From positions 1 through 52,834 of the forward strand of contig JBDRNT010000148.1 in the NCBI GenBank assembly GCA_043810925.1: 52,834 bases of DNA, given 5' to 3'. This DNA is from Candidatus Eiseniibacteriota bacterium (GTDB lineage Bacteria; Arandabacterota; Arandabacteria; Arandabacterales; Arandabacteraceae). Below are positions 11,960-22,310 of the stretch, piece by piece. How positions within the stretch are numbered: the first letter of the stretch is position 1; every line of letters begins with the position of its first letter. Under the pieces are notes generated by a model that had not been told where the DNA came from, ran no database searches, and saw nothing but the letters and a program-made list of their open reading frames with translations. The position numbers and the translations under genes are program-made.

Positions 11960-13033
11960 TCATCCGGATGGGCCGCCCTGCTTTAGGAAGAGTAGATCCT
12001 CCTTGTGTATGTCGAGTGTCCGTATCGGGAACGGTATTATGATACCTTCCTGCTTGAAACGTCTGTGGAGCCGCTTGACGAATTCGTGCTTGACGAGATA
12101 TCCGTTGACGAACTCTTCGACCCGCAGGATCACTGTGAAGTTGATACTGAAATCCCCGAATGTGTGGTATCTTATGAAAGGATCAAAGTCCTTCTTGCCC
12201 CCCTCCACATCCTGCAGGACCTCTTTGGCAACCTCACAGGTCACCTTTTCGACGTGCTCGAGATCGCTGTCGTAGTGGACCCCGACATCTACGAGAATGG
12301 AGAGTTGTTTCTCCGGAAGATAGTAATTCGTTATGATTGCGCTCATGATCGTGGAGTTCGGGACTATCACCAGGTTGTTGGGCAGGATCCTGATGGTGGT
12401 GCTTCTCCAGCCTATCTTGGTGACATAGCCTTTCTGCCCGGTATCGAGCTCTATGTACTGGCCGACTTCTACGGGTCTGTCGGCCAGTATCTGAATACCA
12501 GCAAAGAAATTAGCCAGTGGCGACTGGAGCGCGAGAGCAACCGCAAGACTGCCCACACCGAGTGATGCCACGATAGGTGTTATCGACACACCGGCCGTGT
12601 CAAGAACGATAAGTAAGGCTATCAGTATTATCACACCACGTACGGCCGTCTGGACTATGCCTGAGGATGTCTGAAGAAAGGCCGCCTTCCGGGCTGCCCT
12701 GTGGAGCAGGGCCTTGATCAGACCATCGACAAAGAGCACTCCGGCCAGGATCACGGCAATCCGGACCCCGAGACCAAAAGCCTTGTCCCACTCAGGCGAA
12801 AGCGGAAGAATCCTGCCGAGAATGAGCCCACCTGTGACCAGGATCACCAGCACTGCGGGCATCCGGAGGGCGCCGACAATCACGTCGTCGATGTCGGTGG
12901 CGGTGTGGGTGGACAGATGACGTAGTCTGCCATAAAGTACTCGCATTACAATAGTTAAGCCGATGCACCACACCACGAACACCAGCGGACCCACAATCCA
13001 GGGCGATGTCAGGTTGTCGAGCAAATCCGGCAA
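11960..13033 (-). CDS. mscS: Small-conductance mechanosensitive channel
   Basis: ASLGVGSLAVALALQ, NFFAG, IGWRST, VPNS, IPFP. Confidence 0.93.
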   Translation of the reverse strand: MPDLLDNLTSPWIVGPLVFVVWCIGLTIVMRVLYGRLRHLSTHTATDIDDVIVGALRMPAVLVILVTGGLILGRILPLSPEWDKAFGLGVRIAVILAGVLFVDGLIKALLHRAARKAAFLQTSSGIVQTAVRGVIILIALLIVLDTAGVSITPIVASLGVGSLAVALALQSPLANFFAGIQILADRPVEVGQYIELDTGQKGYVTKIGWRSTTIRILPNNLVIVPNSTIMSAIITNYYLPEKQLSILVDVGVHYDSDLEHVEKVTCEVAKEVLQDVEGGKKDFDPFIRYHTFGDFSINFTVILRVEEFVNGYLVKHEFVKRLHRRFKQEGIIIPFPIRTLDIHKEDLLFLKQGGPSG

Positions 13034-13055
13034 AGCGACCCACCTCCTTGCGCCA

Positions 13056-13083
13056 ATTGTACCACATTATCCAAAAGTGTCAA
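13056..13083 (-). promoter_or_regulatory. Promoter of mscS-carD
   Basis: TTGACA-16 bp-TACAAT with extended -10 TG. Confidence 0.6.
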
Positions 13084-13162
13084 AGATTTCTCGCAAAAAG
13101 CCCAAGAACTGCAGCATCACAGCCGATCGCGAGGCAGCCCCTGTGGCGACTCAAAGCAAGTT

Positions 13163-13331
13163 TGAGCGTGAAGAATGAGCGTGAAGAAATAGAATCACCG
13201 AGCCTGCGCGAAATCGCCGGCGCACCTTCTGGGCCTCAGCCAGATTCGTCGAGCGCAAACACCCGGGCACAGCCACCCGACGCTACAGAAGCTACGAGAA
13301 GCACAGAAGCTACGAGAAGCTACGAAAGGCT
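13163..13331. repeat. Repeat cluster: 13-bp tandem duplication, degenerate 80-nt element, REP remnant, GCTAC(G)AGAA microsatellite
   Basis: TGAGCGTGAAGAA x2 (13163-13188); element remnant 13211-13256 (-); REP 13262-13286 (-); about 5 units 13282-13331. Confidence 0.65.
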
Positions 13332-13457
13332 GACCCCAAGTTTATGGCTGCACGTGGAAAACACCGGGCACAGAGACGGGACACCGCAGCACGTGAAAGT
13401 GCGGACTGCAAAATCAGGGCTTGACTAACACGGTCCAACTAACCAGTATTAATGGGC

Positions 13458-13487
13458 TTGACTATTATTGCACAATATGGTTAATCT
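13458..13487 (+). promoter_or_regulatory. Promoter of the TBDR operon with a palindrome in the spacer
   Basis: TTGACT-18 bp-TAATCT; TATTG-ca-CAATA at 13466-13477. Confidence 0.45.
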
Positions 13488-13511
13488 GTTGGCCCTATGA
13501 GGATTGAGGAT

Positions 13512-16298
13512 ATGCGTCGACTGATAGGATTCACGGCTCTTGTCTTGCTGGTTTCGGCAGCGGCCTCGCCCGGCTATGGTGAGCCGGGCAACATAACCGG
13601 CAAGGTACTCGACGGCAAGACCAAAGAACCTCTCCCCTTTTCCAACGTCGTAATCGTCGGCACACCTTACGGGGCCATGACGATGGAGGACGGATCCTTC
13701 TTCATAAGAAACGTCCCCGAGGGGTCCTACGCACTTACGGCCTCCTATATGGGTTATGAGTCCGAGGAGCAAGCCTCCGTGGCGGTCACGTCATACACTA
13801 CCACCGAGGTGGACTTTAGGCTCTTCAGGACCGTGCTCACAACCACGGATGAGGTGCTGGTTACCGCGGATCGCCCGATGGTCGAGGTGGACGTCCCCTC
13901 AACCGTCAGGAGCGTCAATGAGGATGAACTCAAGGAAATGCCTGTTACCGATATCCAGGACGTGATGGGCCTCCAGGCCGGGGTGGTCTCCAGCGACGAT
14001 GAGATTCATATCCGGGGCGGCCGCACCGACGAGACGCTTTACATTGTCGACGGCGTCAGGATGAAGGATCTTCTGTCGGGTAAGTCCTCGATGCTCGATG
14101 TCAGCGCCAAGTCGGTTGCAGAGATGGATGTTATCACGGGCGGCTACAGTGCGGAATACGGTCAGGCGCTGTCCGGGGTGGTCAATATAAAGTTAAAAGA
14201 GGGCGGCAGCAAGAACCATGGTTACGTCGAGTACTCACTCGATCACATGCCTTTCAAGGAAACCTCGCTGGACTATTTCAACAGCGATCGCTTCGAGATC
14301 GGCATCGAAGGACCGGAGCCGATCTCGTCAAAGGTGCTCCGGAGCCTGGGGATCAACGTCCCGGGGCAGATCACCTATTACCTCGGGATGTCGGCGAGGT
14401 TCTCGGACACTCACCTGCCGTCGATAAACGATCTTCCCGGCCGGAAAGGCTTGAATTCCTCATACGAGGACAACTTCCTCGGCATCAAGCTCAACTATGG
14501 CAATCTGGCGCCGAGGGCCGACAACAAGTGGCAGCTCTTCGGCAAAACGGTGTGGCGCCCGTCCTCCAAGAACAAGTTCGGACTCTCATTCACCAAGACG
14601 ATCGCGATCGACCAGGGTTACTTCCGCACCGACCCGTATGATGTGACCAGGGATCTGACCGGCTACCAGCATGAGTGGTCAAAGAACCTCGAGAGGGCGC
14701 TTGTCTATACTGAGGACACCAACAGCCTGGCGTTTACGTGGAACCGGATCTTAAACCAGAATTCCTTCTACATACTCAGGGTGTCCCGTTTCTTCAACTG
14801 CGTCCATTCGGACGTCAACGGGGGGCACTGGAGCGACAGCACCTATTATAGCGAGCCCGACGACCAGAATAAGATCCTCAGACGCGAGCTCGACACACCC
14901 TATTTCATTCAGACGGGTAGCGCCGATCTGTGGCATGATCGTTATACTGAGAACTATAATCTCGCCTGGGATCTGACCTCACGTATTCCGCCGCACCATC
15001 AGGTGAAGACCGGTATCAGCACATCGTACGAGGACGCTCAGTATCTCTTCATCCGGCGGCCGTGGGTGGCCGATCCGGATGGTCTGGGCGAATTCCACGA
15101 TCTCTTCCACATACATCCCAACCGGGGCTCGATGTATGTCCAGGACAAGATCAATTTCGAGGGCCTGATCGGGGACATCGGTCTCAGGTACGACTACTGG
15201 TTCCCGGGTGTGCAGGTGGAACGGGCCGTGGAGAGATCCGCCGAAGATACGACATCGACGATTACAGCAACCATGCGGGAGAATTTCTACCAGGATACGC
15301 ATGAGCTATTCGGTCGCAGGTTCAAGGGCCATCTGAGCCCGAGGATTGCGATATCCCATCCGATCACCGACCGTGACAATCTCTTCTTCAACTATGGGCA
15401 CTTCTCCCAGTTCCCAACGTATCTCTGGGTGTACTCGAAGCTTTCATCCGTCTCGAGTGAGCGCTTCCCCTTGATCGGTAACCCCAATCTCAATCCCGAG
15501 ATATCGGTACAGTACGAAATTGGTGCGAGACACCAGTTCTCGGAGTCCATAGCGGGGAACATCACGCTATTCTACAAAGACATCTACGACTACCCGAGAT
15601 CCACGCCATTTGAGATCGCCGGAGTAGGCGAGTTGTTCATATACAGGAATGTCGACTATGCACGCTCGCGCGGTATCGAGATCGAGATCAAGAAGAAAAG
15701 GCGCGGTCTCGTCGGTGGATCGGTCATCTACACCTATTCCATTGCAACCGGTAAGAGCTCGGATCCCAACACGCTCAAGCTGATCCAGGAACAGGGCGGC
15801 AGCGTCGGTACGGCCGAGCAGAGTCTGGCCGAGGAATACCTCTGGTGGAACAGGCCGCATAAGATCAACCTCCAGCTCGACCTCAGAATGCGTAAGGGGG
15901 ACAAGCAGAAGCTGTTCGGCATCGACCTGCCATCGGATTGGGCGCTCAACTTCCAGTGGCTCCTGCAAAATGGCAAGGCCTACACTCCGCAGCGTGCTGA
16001 GCAGGAAATAGGAAAGCGTTATTCCGAGAATGGTCCAATGGATAACCTGCTCGACATGAAATTCACCAAGTACTTCGAAAGCGGCGGGATAAGTGGAAAG
16101 ATCTTCCTCGAGGTCGAGAACATTCTCAACGATAGACGGATCCGCAGGATCGACCCTGAGACGGGCAAGGTCCCGGTACCGGGTGTCGGCTCCTATGTGG
16201 AGGATGCTGGAACAGTCTATGGCGTCTTAAGGCATGGCGATCCGAGTTATTACGGGCCGCCGCGCCAGGCGACCCTCGGTATGGGAATAGAGTGGTAA
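13512..16298 (+). CDS. TonB-dependent receptor with N-terminal carboxypeptidase-regulatory-like domain
   Basis: Signal peptide, GNITGKVLD, HIRGGR, GGYSAEYG, GNPNLNPE, terminal W; ATG 13512 follows GAGGA (alternative 13497). Confidence 0.92.
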   Translation: MRRLIGFTALVLLVSAAASPGYGEPGNITGKVLDGKTKEPLPFSNVVIVGTPYGAMTMEDGSFFIRNVPEGSYALTASYMGYESEEQASVAVTSYTTTEVDFRLFRTVLTTTDEVLVTADRPMVEVDVPSTVRSVNEDELKEMPVTDIQDVMGLQAGVVSSDDEIHIRGGRTDETLYIVDGVRMKDLLSGKSSMLDVSAKSVAEMDVITGGYSAEYGQALSGVVNIKLKEGGSKNHGYVEYSLDHMPFKETSLDYFNSDRFEIGIEGPEPISSKVLRSLGINVPGQITYYLGMSARFSDTHLPSINDLPGRKGLNSSYEDNFLGIKLNYGNLAPRADNKWQLFGKTVWRPSSKNKFGLSFTKTIAIDQGYFRTDPYDVTRDLTGYQHEWSKNLERALVYTEDTNSLAFTWNRILNQNSFYILRVSRFFNCVHSDVNGGHWSDSTYYSEPDDQNKILRRELDTPYFIQTGSADLWHDRYTENYNLAWDLTSRIPPHHQVKTGISTSYEDAQYLFIRRPWVADPDGLGEFHDLFHIHPNRGSMYVQDKINFEGLIGDIGLRYDYWFPGVQVERAVERSAEDTTSTITATMRENFYQDTHELFGRRFKGHLSPRIAISHPITDRDNLFFNYGHFSQFPTYLWVYSKLSSVSSERFPLIGNPNLNPEISVQYEIGARHQFSESIAGNITLFYKDIYDYPRSTPFEIAGVGELFIYRNVDYARSRGIEIEIKKKRRGLVGGSVIYTYSIATGKSSDPNTLKLIQEQGGSVGTAEQSLAEEYLWWNRPHKINLQLDLRMRKGDKQKLFGIDLPSDWALNFQWLLQNGKAYTPQRAEQEIGKRYSENGPMDNLLDMKFTKYFESGGISGKIFLEVENILNDRRIRRIDPETGKVPVPGVGSYVEDAGTVYGVLRHGDPSYYGPPRQATLGMGIEW

Positions 16299-17308
16299 TG
16301 GCTAAAACCAAGACAACGTATATCGTCATAGTACTGACCTTGGTGGTCCTCGCACTGCCCGGGATCCTGGCTGCGCAGACCAGTCTGGGCGGACAGCGCG
16401 TGGGGACGTCTTCGGGAAGTTTCCTCCGCATAGGGATCGGTGCGAGACCGGCTGCCATGGCCGGGGCGTACGTCGCCATCTGCGACGGCATAGTCGCGTG
16501 CGCCTGGAATCCGGCCGGGCTCATACATCTCGACCGCAGTGAGGTTGCCTTCAACCACGCTGCGTGGCCGGCAGACATTGCCTACAACCATATGTGTTAC
16601 GGACTCCCCATAGACATGTTTGCAGGGGCAGTCGCACTCCAGTTCGGTTCACTATCGACCGACCTCATCGAAACCACAGAGGATCACCCCTACGGGACGG
16701 GAAGGGATTTCAGTTTCTCCGACTGGTTGGTCGGAGTCACTATAGCTAAGCGTTTCACCGACAAGTTCTCAGGGGGATTTGCGATCAAGTACGTGGTCGA
16801 AGAGATGGGGGTCGAAATCGGTGGTCCGACCACCAGTGCGATCGCGCTTGACGCGGGAACCTACTACGAAATCGGTCCCAAGAATATGCGGCTCGCGGTG
16901 GCACTTGTAAACTTCGGTCCCGACATGACGCCCGGCGGCACGTATGTGAAGCGAACCGGGGTTGTGGGAGCAGAGGCCCTTTACCAGGGCTTTGCACCTG
17001 CAACCGAGTTCAAGTTCGGCATAGCATTTGAACCTGTGGTGACACCGTGGCTTGAAAGCCTGGTGGATATCGAGATGATGCATCCCGCCGACAACGAGGA
17101 GACCTTCAGATTCGGCGGTGAAGCCATGATCTTAAAAACCCTGGCCCTGAGAGCCGGGTATGACGAGGGCGCCGATGAGATGAAGATGAGCCTCGGTGCA
17201 GGTGTCGTGTCCAGGTTGTACTCAAGGGAAGCCATGTTCGATTACGCGGCGACTTTCACCGATCACCTGGGTACGATACACAGGTTTTCACTTACACTGG
17301 AGCTTTAG
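16298..17308 (+). CDS. PorV/PorQ-like outer-membrane beta-barrel
   Basis: FLRIGIGARPAAMAGAY, WNPAGL, LALRAGY, terminal HRFSLTLEL. Confidence 0.85.
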   Translation: MAKTKTTYIVIVLTLVVLALPGILAAQTSLGGQRVGTSSGSFLRIGIGARPAAMAGAYVAICDGIVACAWNPAGLIHLDRSEVAFNHAAWPADIAYNHMCYGLPIDMFAGAVALQFGSLSTDLIETTEDHPYGTGRDFSFSDWLVGVTIAKRFTDKFSGGFAIKYVVEEMGVEIGGPTTSAIALDAGTYYEIGPKNMRLAVALVNFGPDMTPGGTYVKRTGVVGAEALYQGFAPATEFKFGIAFEPVVTPWLESLVDIEMMHPADNEETFRFGGEAMILKTLALRAGYDEGADEMKMSLGAGVVSRLYSREAMFDYAATFTDHLGTIHRFSLTLEL

Positions 17309-18300
17309 TGAGAACGTTCAAACTCACACTGGCGGTACTCGGCATCCTGGTCTTCTGGCTGGGCTGCGGCGGCAAGTACGACAAGCCGCTCGAGGTGTAT
17401 AAGGAGCCCCCTTCGGGCGCCTACACCTACGTCGCTTCGCTCCCGGGGTTTTGGTGGGCCAACTCCATGTCCATGGCCGGGGGGCACATCTTTGTCGCTT
17501 TCGATACCACCCGCACAGTCCATCGTTACTATAGCAGCGGGAGTCAGGTGGGCGATGTTGAGTTTAACGGCTTAGATAGGCCGGTGGCAGTCGGTACCAG
17601 CCTCCGCTCTGTCGCCATCGCCGACAGTTCCGACACCATAACCGTCAAAGTCTATGAGCCGGGCGGCGGTGATCCGTTTCTTGTCATCCGCGATCCCGAC
17701 TGGAAGCGAATCAGCGCCCTGGCCGTCGATGACGACGAGAACATATATGTCGCCGACATGGGAAGACACTTTGTCAGATCATACGATACGACCGGCAAGC
17801 GGCGGTTCGCCGTCGATCTTGCCGACAGCGGTTTCGGCATCGGTCATGTGGTCAGCCCGAGGGGACTCTACTTCGATGGTGAGGCTCTGCTCATCGCCGA
17901 GGCCGACCCCGAGAAGAAGCAGATCCAGCGTATTTCAGTAGATACGCCGCAGCAGGGGCTTCCGTTCTCGGCAGAAGTGTTCTTCATAAGCCATTTCACC
18001 GACGAGGATGACAACGATATCGAACTTGTAAAACCTGTCGCAGTGGCTTCGGACAATTACGGACGCGTGATCGTGCTCGATCAGGCTTTAGGAAAGATCT
18101 TCCGGTACAGCGCCGCCGGCCATTCGGACGCCATAGTGAATGCACCAAAGACTGACAAAGAAGGACCCGATGTGCTCCAGGGGGCTCTGTCTCTGGGAAC
18201 CTACACGCACTCGCAGTCTCAGCATGAAAACGTCTTCTGCCTCGAGGCCGAGACGGGACAGATACACCGCTGGGAAGAAGCTCAGGTGGCGGAGGAATAG
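17308..18300 (+). CDS. Lipoprotein with NHL-like beta-propeller repeats
   Basis: WLGC lipobox; LAVDDDENIYVAD, PRGL, PVAVASD. Confidence 0.7.
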   Translation: MRTFKLTLAVLGILVFWLGCGGKYDKPLEVYKEPPSGAYTYVASLPGFWWANSMSMAGGHIFVAFDTTRTVHRYYSSGSQVGDVEFNGLDRPVAVGTSLRSVAIADSSDTITVKVYEPGGGDPFLVIRDPDWKRISALAVDDDENIYVADMGRHFVRSYDTTGKRRFAVDLADSGFGIGHVVSPRGLYFDGEALLIAEADPEKKQIQRISVDTPQQGLPFSAEVFFISHFTDEDDNDIELVKPVAVASDNYGRVIVLDQALGKIFRYSAAGHSDAIVNAPKTDKEGPDVLQGALSLGTYTHSQSQHENVFCLEAETGQIHRWEEAQVAEE

Positions 18301-18305
18301 GGATT

Positions 18306-20234
18306 ATGAGAAAACTGAGACTCGGCATCGCAATTGCGGTTTGCCTGGTCGTGCATACTTGGACGGCGGGCGCGGGCCTCGCCCACGATCCCCCGGAGAA
18401 CGTACCGATCCCTGAGGGTCCTGGTTCTTTGATCCTGGGGGCGGCGCCATTTCAGCAAAAACAGACCGACGGCAACGCGATAGGATTCGTGATCACGAAT
18501 TACGGGTTCTTCGGTAACAACTTCGTTACGCGTGAGCCTTCGATGGAATACCCGCTTGGAACCGAAATCGAACACCTAATCAGGGCCGGCTTCTGGGTCG
18601 GGGGGATCAACGCCGATGGTGACACTGTTACGTCCACCGGTTCCGTCTCGGGTTACTGGGGAACCGGAACGGCTACCGCTACGGAATACACGCCCCAGGA
18701 GAAGATGAGGGAAAGATCGAGCCTGATAACCAGCCGGTCATATTCGAAAAAGGCCATAAGCGAGCAGGATTTTATCACAGAATACACCGACTTCCCTTTG
18801 AGGGGAACAAATGACAACGTATTGCAGATCCGGGTGAGACAGAAGTCCTATCTGTGGTCCTACAAGTTCGCCGAGGCCTTCGTGATCGTAAGCTTCACGG
18901 TGATCAATGAGGGGGGAGGTTTCCTCCGCCATCCCTCTATGGGTATATTCGGAGAGCTGTCCTCGGGCTGGAAAGGCAGCTACGACCAGTGGCGCCCATC
19001 GGGCACGGCATGGTTCAGAAACAAGCTCCTCGAGTGGTTTCCTCATAACCGGATGTGCGGCGAGCACCACTACAATTACGGGCTTGGCACTGCACCTTCC
19101 TGGGGAGCCATCGCCATCCTTGGCACCCAGGGCGGGACTCCGATAGACGAAGTCGATGTCTCGTTTAACTGGTGGGACTGGTACTGGGAGCGCGACAATC
19201 TCATGCGGGATAAGGAACGCTACGAGTTCCTGTCCAACGGTGAGGAGGATGACATAAGGGAAATCATACCCAGGGAAACTGACCCGATCGAGCTGGTATC
19301 CGCGGGTCCTTTCCCCGAACTGGCACCGGGCGACAGCATAGTCTTCGTGTGCGCGTTTCTCGGCGGCATGGACCGGGCCAGTCTGTTGGATAACGTCGAG
19401 TGGGCCCAGCGCGCATTCGACAACGACTACGTGCTTCCTTCCCCACCTCAGCCCCCGCGGTTCCGGGTGGAGCCTTCAGAGGGCTCGATCAAGATCTTCT
19501 GGGACAACTTTCCGGAAGACAAGCTGGATCCGTTCTATGGCATTAACGACTTCGAGGGTTACCGGATTTATGTGACGAGAATAGAAGGTGCGACCAGTGA
19601 GGAGTTCGAGCTGGTGCGCGAAGTCGACATAGTCAACGGGATAGGCTATGATACCGGGCTTGAAAGCATGAGGGACACTGTGATGTTCGACGATGGAGAC
19701 ACGACGCTCTATCACTACAACTTCGAGATCGATAACCTCAAGGACGGTTTCAAGTACTGGGTTGCCATCACGGCATTCGACAGAGGCATCCCTGAAGAGG
19801 GCGTGGAGAGCATGCAGAGCGGGGTGAGGGCAACCAGGGTCCTGGCAATACCCGGCCCCGGTCCGGCCATGAACGACGAGACCGTCTATGTGGTCCCCAA
19901 TCCCTACCGGGGAGAGGCGATCTGGGACGGCCCGAGGGATAGAGAGAAATACCTGTGGTTTATTAACCTCCCTGAGAGGGCAACCATCAGGATCTATACG
20001 CTTGCAGGCGATCTGGTGAAGACCATTGACTTCGACGGCAGTACTTACATCGCGGGAGACATACAGGGTCTTAAGACACTGGATGAGAGATACGTTGCCA
20101 TACCGGGTGGGATCTGCGGATGGGACCTGATCTCGAATAAGGATCAGGCTGCTGCATCCGGTCTCTACATATATTCCGTTGAGAATAAGGTGACGGGTAA
20201 TAATCAAATCGGCAAGTTCATGATCATAAGGTGA
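18306..20234 (+). CDS. Secreted protein with Fn3-like region and T9SS-like C-terminal domain
   Basis: Signal peptide; TNYGFFG; PSPPQPP; DFEGYRIY; VVPNPY...FINLP.RATIRIYTLAGDLV...WDL...SGLYIY...GKFMIIR. Confidence 0.8.
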   Translation: MRKLRLGIAIAVCLVVHTWTAGAGLAHDPPENVPIPEGPGSLILGAAPFQQKQTDGNAIGFVITNYGFFGNNFVTREPSMEYPLGTEIEHLIRAGFWVGGINADGDTVTSTGSVSGYWGTGTATATEYTPQEKMRERSSLITSRSYSKKAISEQDFITEYTDFPLRGTNDNVLQIRVRQKSYLWSYKFAEAFVIVSFTVINEGGGFLRHPSMGIFGELSSGWKGSYDQWRPSGTAWFRNKLLEWFPHNRMCGEHHYNYGLGTAPSWGAIAILGTQGGTPIDEVDVSFNWWDWYWERDNLMRDKERYEFLSNGEEDDIREIIPRETDPIELVSAGPFPELAPGDSIVFVCAFLGGMDRASLLDNVEWAQRAFDNDYVLPSPPQPPRFRVEPSEGSIKIFWDNFPEDKLDPFYGINDFEGYRIYVTRIEGATSEEFELVREVDIVNGIGYDTGLESMRDTVMFDDGDTTLYHYNFEIDNLKDGFKYWVAITAFDRGIPEEGVESMQSGVRATRVLAIPGPGPAMNDETVYVVPNPYRGEAIWDGPRDREKYLWFINLPERATIRIYTLAGDLVKTIDFDGSTYIAGDIQGLKTLDERYVAIPGGICGWDLISNKDQAAASGLYIYSVENKVTGNNQIGKFMIIR

Positions 20235-20241
20235 CCGGTTG

Positions 20242-21645
20242 ATGATGAGACCAAAGACAATTTGCTTGTTGCTGGCGGGGCTCTTGATGGTGGTGGGCTG
20301 CGCCAAAGAGGGTGATATAGCGCTGCCCAACCTGCCGCCTGAAACCTATATGGCCCTCGCGGACAGTGTAAGGAACCCGACCGTTTACATCCAGGAAGTC
20401 AGATGGTGGGGCTCCGATGCCGATGGGGAAGTCGCAGGCTTCGAGTACCGCTGGTTCAGCGACCCATCTGAATCGGGTTGCCCGATCGATCCGGCTTGGG
20501 TCTTTACCGAGGAATTATCACATACATTCCACCTCCCCGTGACGGACGGCTTGAGCAGCCACCGAATCGAGGTCAGGGCCGTCGATGACGATGACGCTAT
20601 CGATCCAACACCGAGCTCCCTGACCCTTCCGGTCACGAACAGCCCGCCTACGGTCAAGCTGTGGGACAGAGGGGCGCTGCCTCATACGACACTCCCGGCA
20701 CTCGTCATAAGGTGGCACGGTGACGATCCCGAGGGCAGTGAGACAATCGACCACTACGCCGTCTGGCTGGACGGCGAGGAGGACAGCCCGTTGATCACGG
20801 CGGCCGAGGATACCACCATATCGATAGGCTTTGATTACTTCGATGGCAGATATGGTGAAAGGACCCTGTACCTGGTTGCGATCGATTCGGGATGTGATAC
20901 GAGTGCGGTTGTCACCTACACCTGGCAGGTCGAGGAGATAGAAGGAGACGTGCTCCTCGTCGATGACCTCTGGAATTACGCAGGTGCATGGCTCACCGAT
21001 CCCTTCTACAGAAACGCGGTGGGAGCATCGGTTGGCGATTTCTCGGTGCTTGATATGTATGGCTTCAGCCGCGATCATGCCGACCCGGCCTCCTACGCCT
21101 TCAACTTCGAAGAACTGTTCAGGCTTTTCCCTATGGTCGTCTGGTACACTGAACCCGCCAGAGGGGCTACGTCAAGGCTGAAGCTCGTGGAAGACCTGGT
21201 TCCATCCTACATCGAGGGTGGCGGCAGGTTGCTGCTCGTGAGTCTCGATGCTGTCGGTACGAACGGGGCCTTTCCCGATTCGGTATTTCTTCCGATCTTC
21301 GGCATCGACTCGCTTTATACCAACCTGATGAGCAGGACCACGAATTTCGACTGCGTGAACTGGGAGATGAAGGCAAATGGTGAACTGGGACTTGACAGCC
21401 TCAAGGTCAGCGGCCATTTTCCCGGCGTCGAGTGTCTTGAGCCGGCAGCCGGCGCTACTCCGCTTTACCACATAGCACCGTTCACGATAACTGGGTTTCC
21501 ACAAACCAGGCCCTACTATCTCGGTGTCCTCAACTCGTGGGGAAGCGGTAAGGTGGCCCTGGTGACGGCCCCCGTGAGCCGGAGCAATGGCTACCTGAAC
21601 GCCGATGCCGAGATCCGCAAGATCATAGAACTTGTGCGAGACTGA
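20242..21645 (+). CDS. Lipoprotein with repeated Ig-like modules
   Basis: VVGC lipobox; NLPPET...WWGSDADG and NSPPTV...WHGDDPEG repeats; VRAVD...DPTP. Confidence 0.7.
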   Translation: MMRPKTICLLLAGLLMVVGCAKEGDIALPNLPPETYMALADSVRNPTVYIQEVRWWGSDADGEVAGFEYRWFSDPSESGCPIDPAWVFTEELSHTFHLPVTDGLSSHRIEVRAVDDDDAIDPTPSSLTLPVTNSPPTVKLWDRGALPHTTLPALVIRWHGDDPEGSETIDHYAVWLDGEEDSPLITAAEDTTISIGFDYFDGRYGERTLYLVAIDSGCDTSAVVTYTWQVEEIEGDVLLVDDLWNYAGAWLTDPFYRNAVGASVGDFSVLDMYGFSRDHADPASYAFNFEELFRLFPMVVWYTEPARGATSRLKLVEDLVPSYIEGGGRLLLVSLDAVGTNGAFPDSVFLPIFGIDSLYTNLMSRTTNFDCVNWEMKANGELGLDSLKVSGHFPGVECLEPAAGATPLYHIAPFTITGFPQTRPYYLGVLNSWGSGKVALVTAPVSRSNGYLNADAEIRKIIELVRD

Positions 21646-21679
21646 TGACCTGATATACATGATTCCAAGGGGAGCCAGG

Positions 21680-22255
21680 ATGACCAGGAGAATCGGAATA
21701 CTTGTTATCATCGCGGTGGGTGTACTCTGGGGTCTGAGTGAGGTCTTTGTCGGCGATGTGTTCTACAGATTCCAGGTCCCCATGAGGGCCGCTGTACTCA
21801 CCGCGCTTGGAATCGCGCTTCTTGTTGCAGGCAGGCTTATCTCCGACCGGCCGGGCAGCTCACTTGGATCTGCACTCATAGCCGGGGCACTCAGGTGTCT
21901 CATGCCCAAACTCTACATATGCCACTTTATCGCCATCACACTTACGGGTTGTGCATTCGACGCCTCGTGGACGGCCTCTAAGGCCGGAGAGCGGCACTCG
22001 CTCAGACGCGCGTGGCTCTCTTCTGCAATTGCGGCCTATTCCGGTTTCCTGGCCTTCGCTTTTGCCGGCGCCTACATCTTCGGATTCGGCAGGTGGGTCG
22101 CTGCGGGGATCGGCGGAATCCTTGAGTTCGGCCTGAAGTCAGGAACGTTATCGACAATCCTGCTTGCGGGACTCGTTCCCCTGGTTGCCTTTGGAGTGAG
22201 AAGAGCAGTTACGGTTTACCGGCGATCGCCGGACGCATCGTCACTTCCGCTATGA
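21680..22255 (+). CDS. Small integral membrane protein (possibly ECF S-component-like)
   Basis: ATG after AAGGGGAG; 5-6 hydrophobic segments; GVLWGLSE; the family call is a guess. Confidence 0.55.
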   Translation: MTRRIGILVIIAVGVLWGLSEVFVGDVFYRFQVPMRAAVLTALGIALLVAGRLISDRPGSSLGSALIAGALRCLMPKLYICHFIAITLTGCAFDASWTASKAGERHSLRRAWLSSAIAAYSGFLAFAFAGAYIFGFGRWVAAGIGGILEFGLKSGTLSTILLAGLVPLVAFGVRRAVTVYRRSPDASSLPL

Positions 22256-22310
22256 CGCCGTAATTGCGCAGCAGCACCGCCAGACTCTTGAAACAGTCCC
22301 CGCCACGGGA

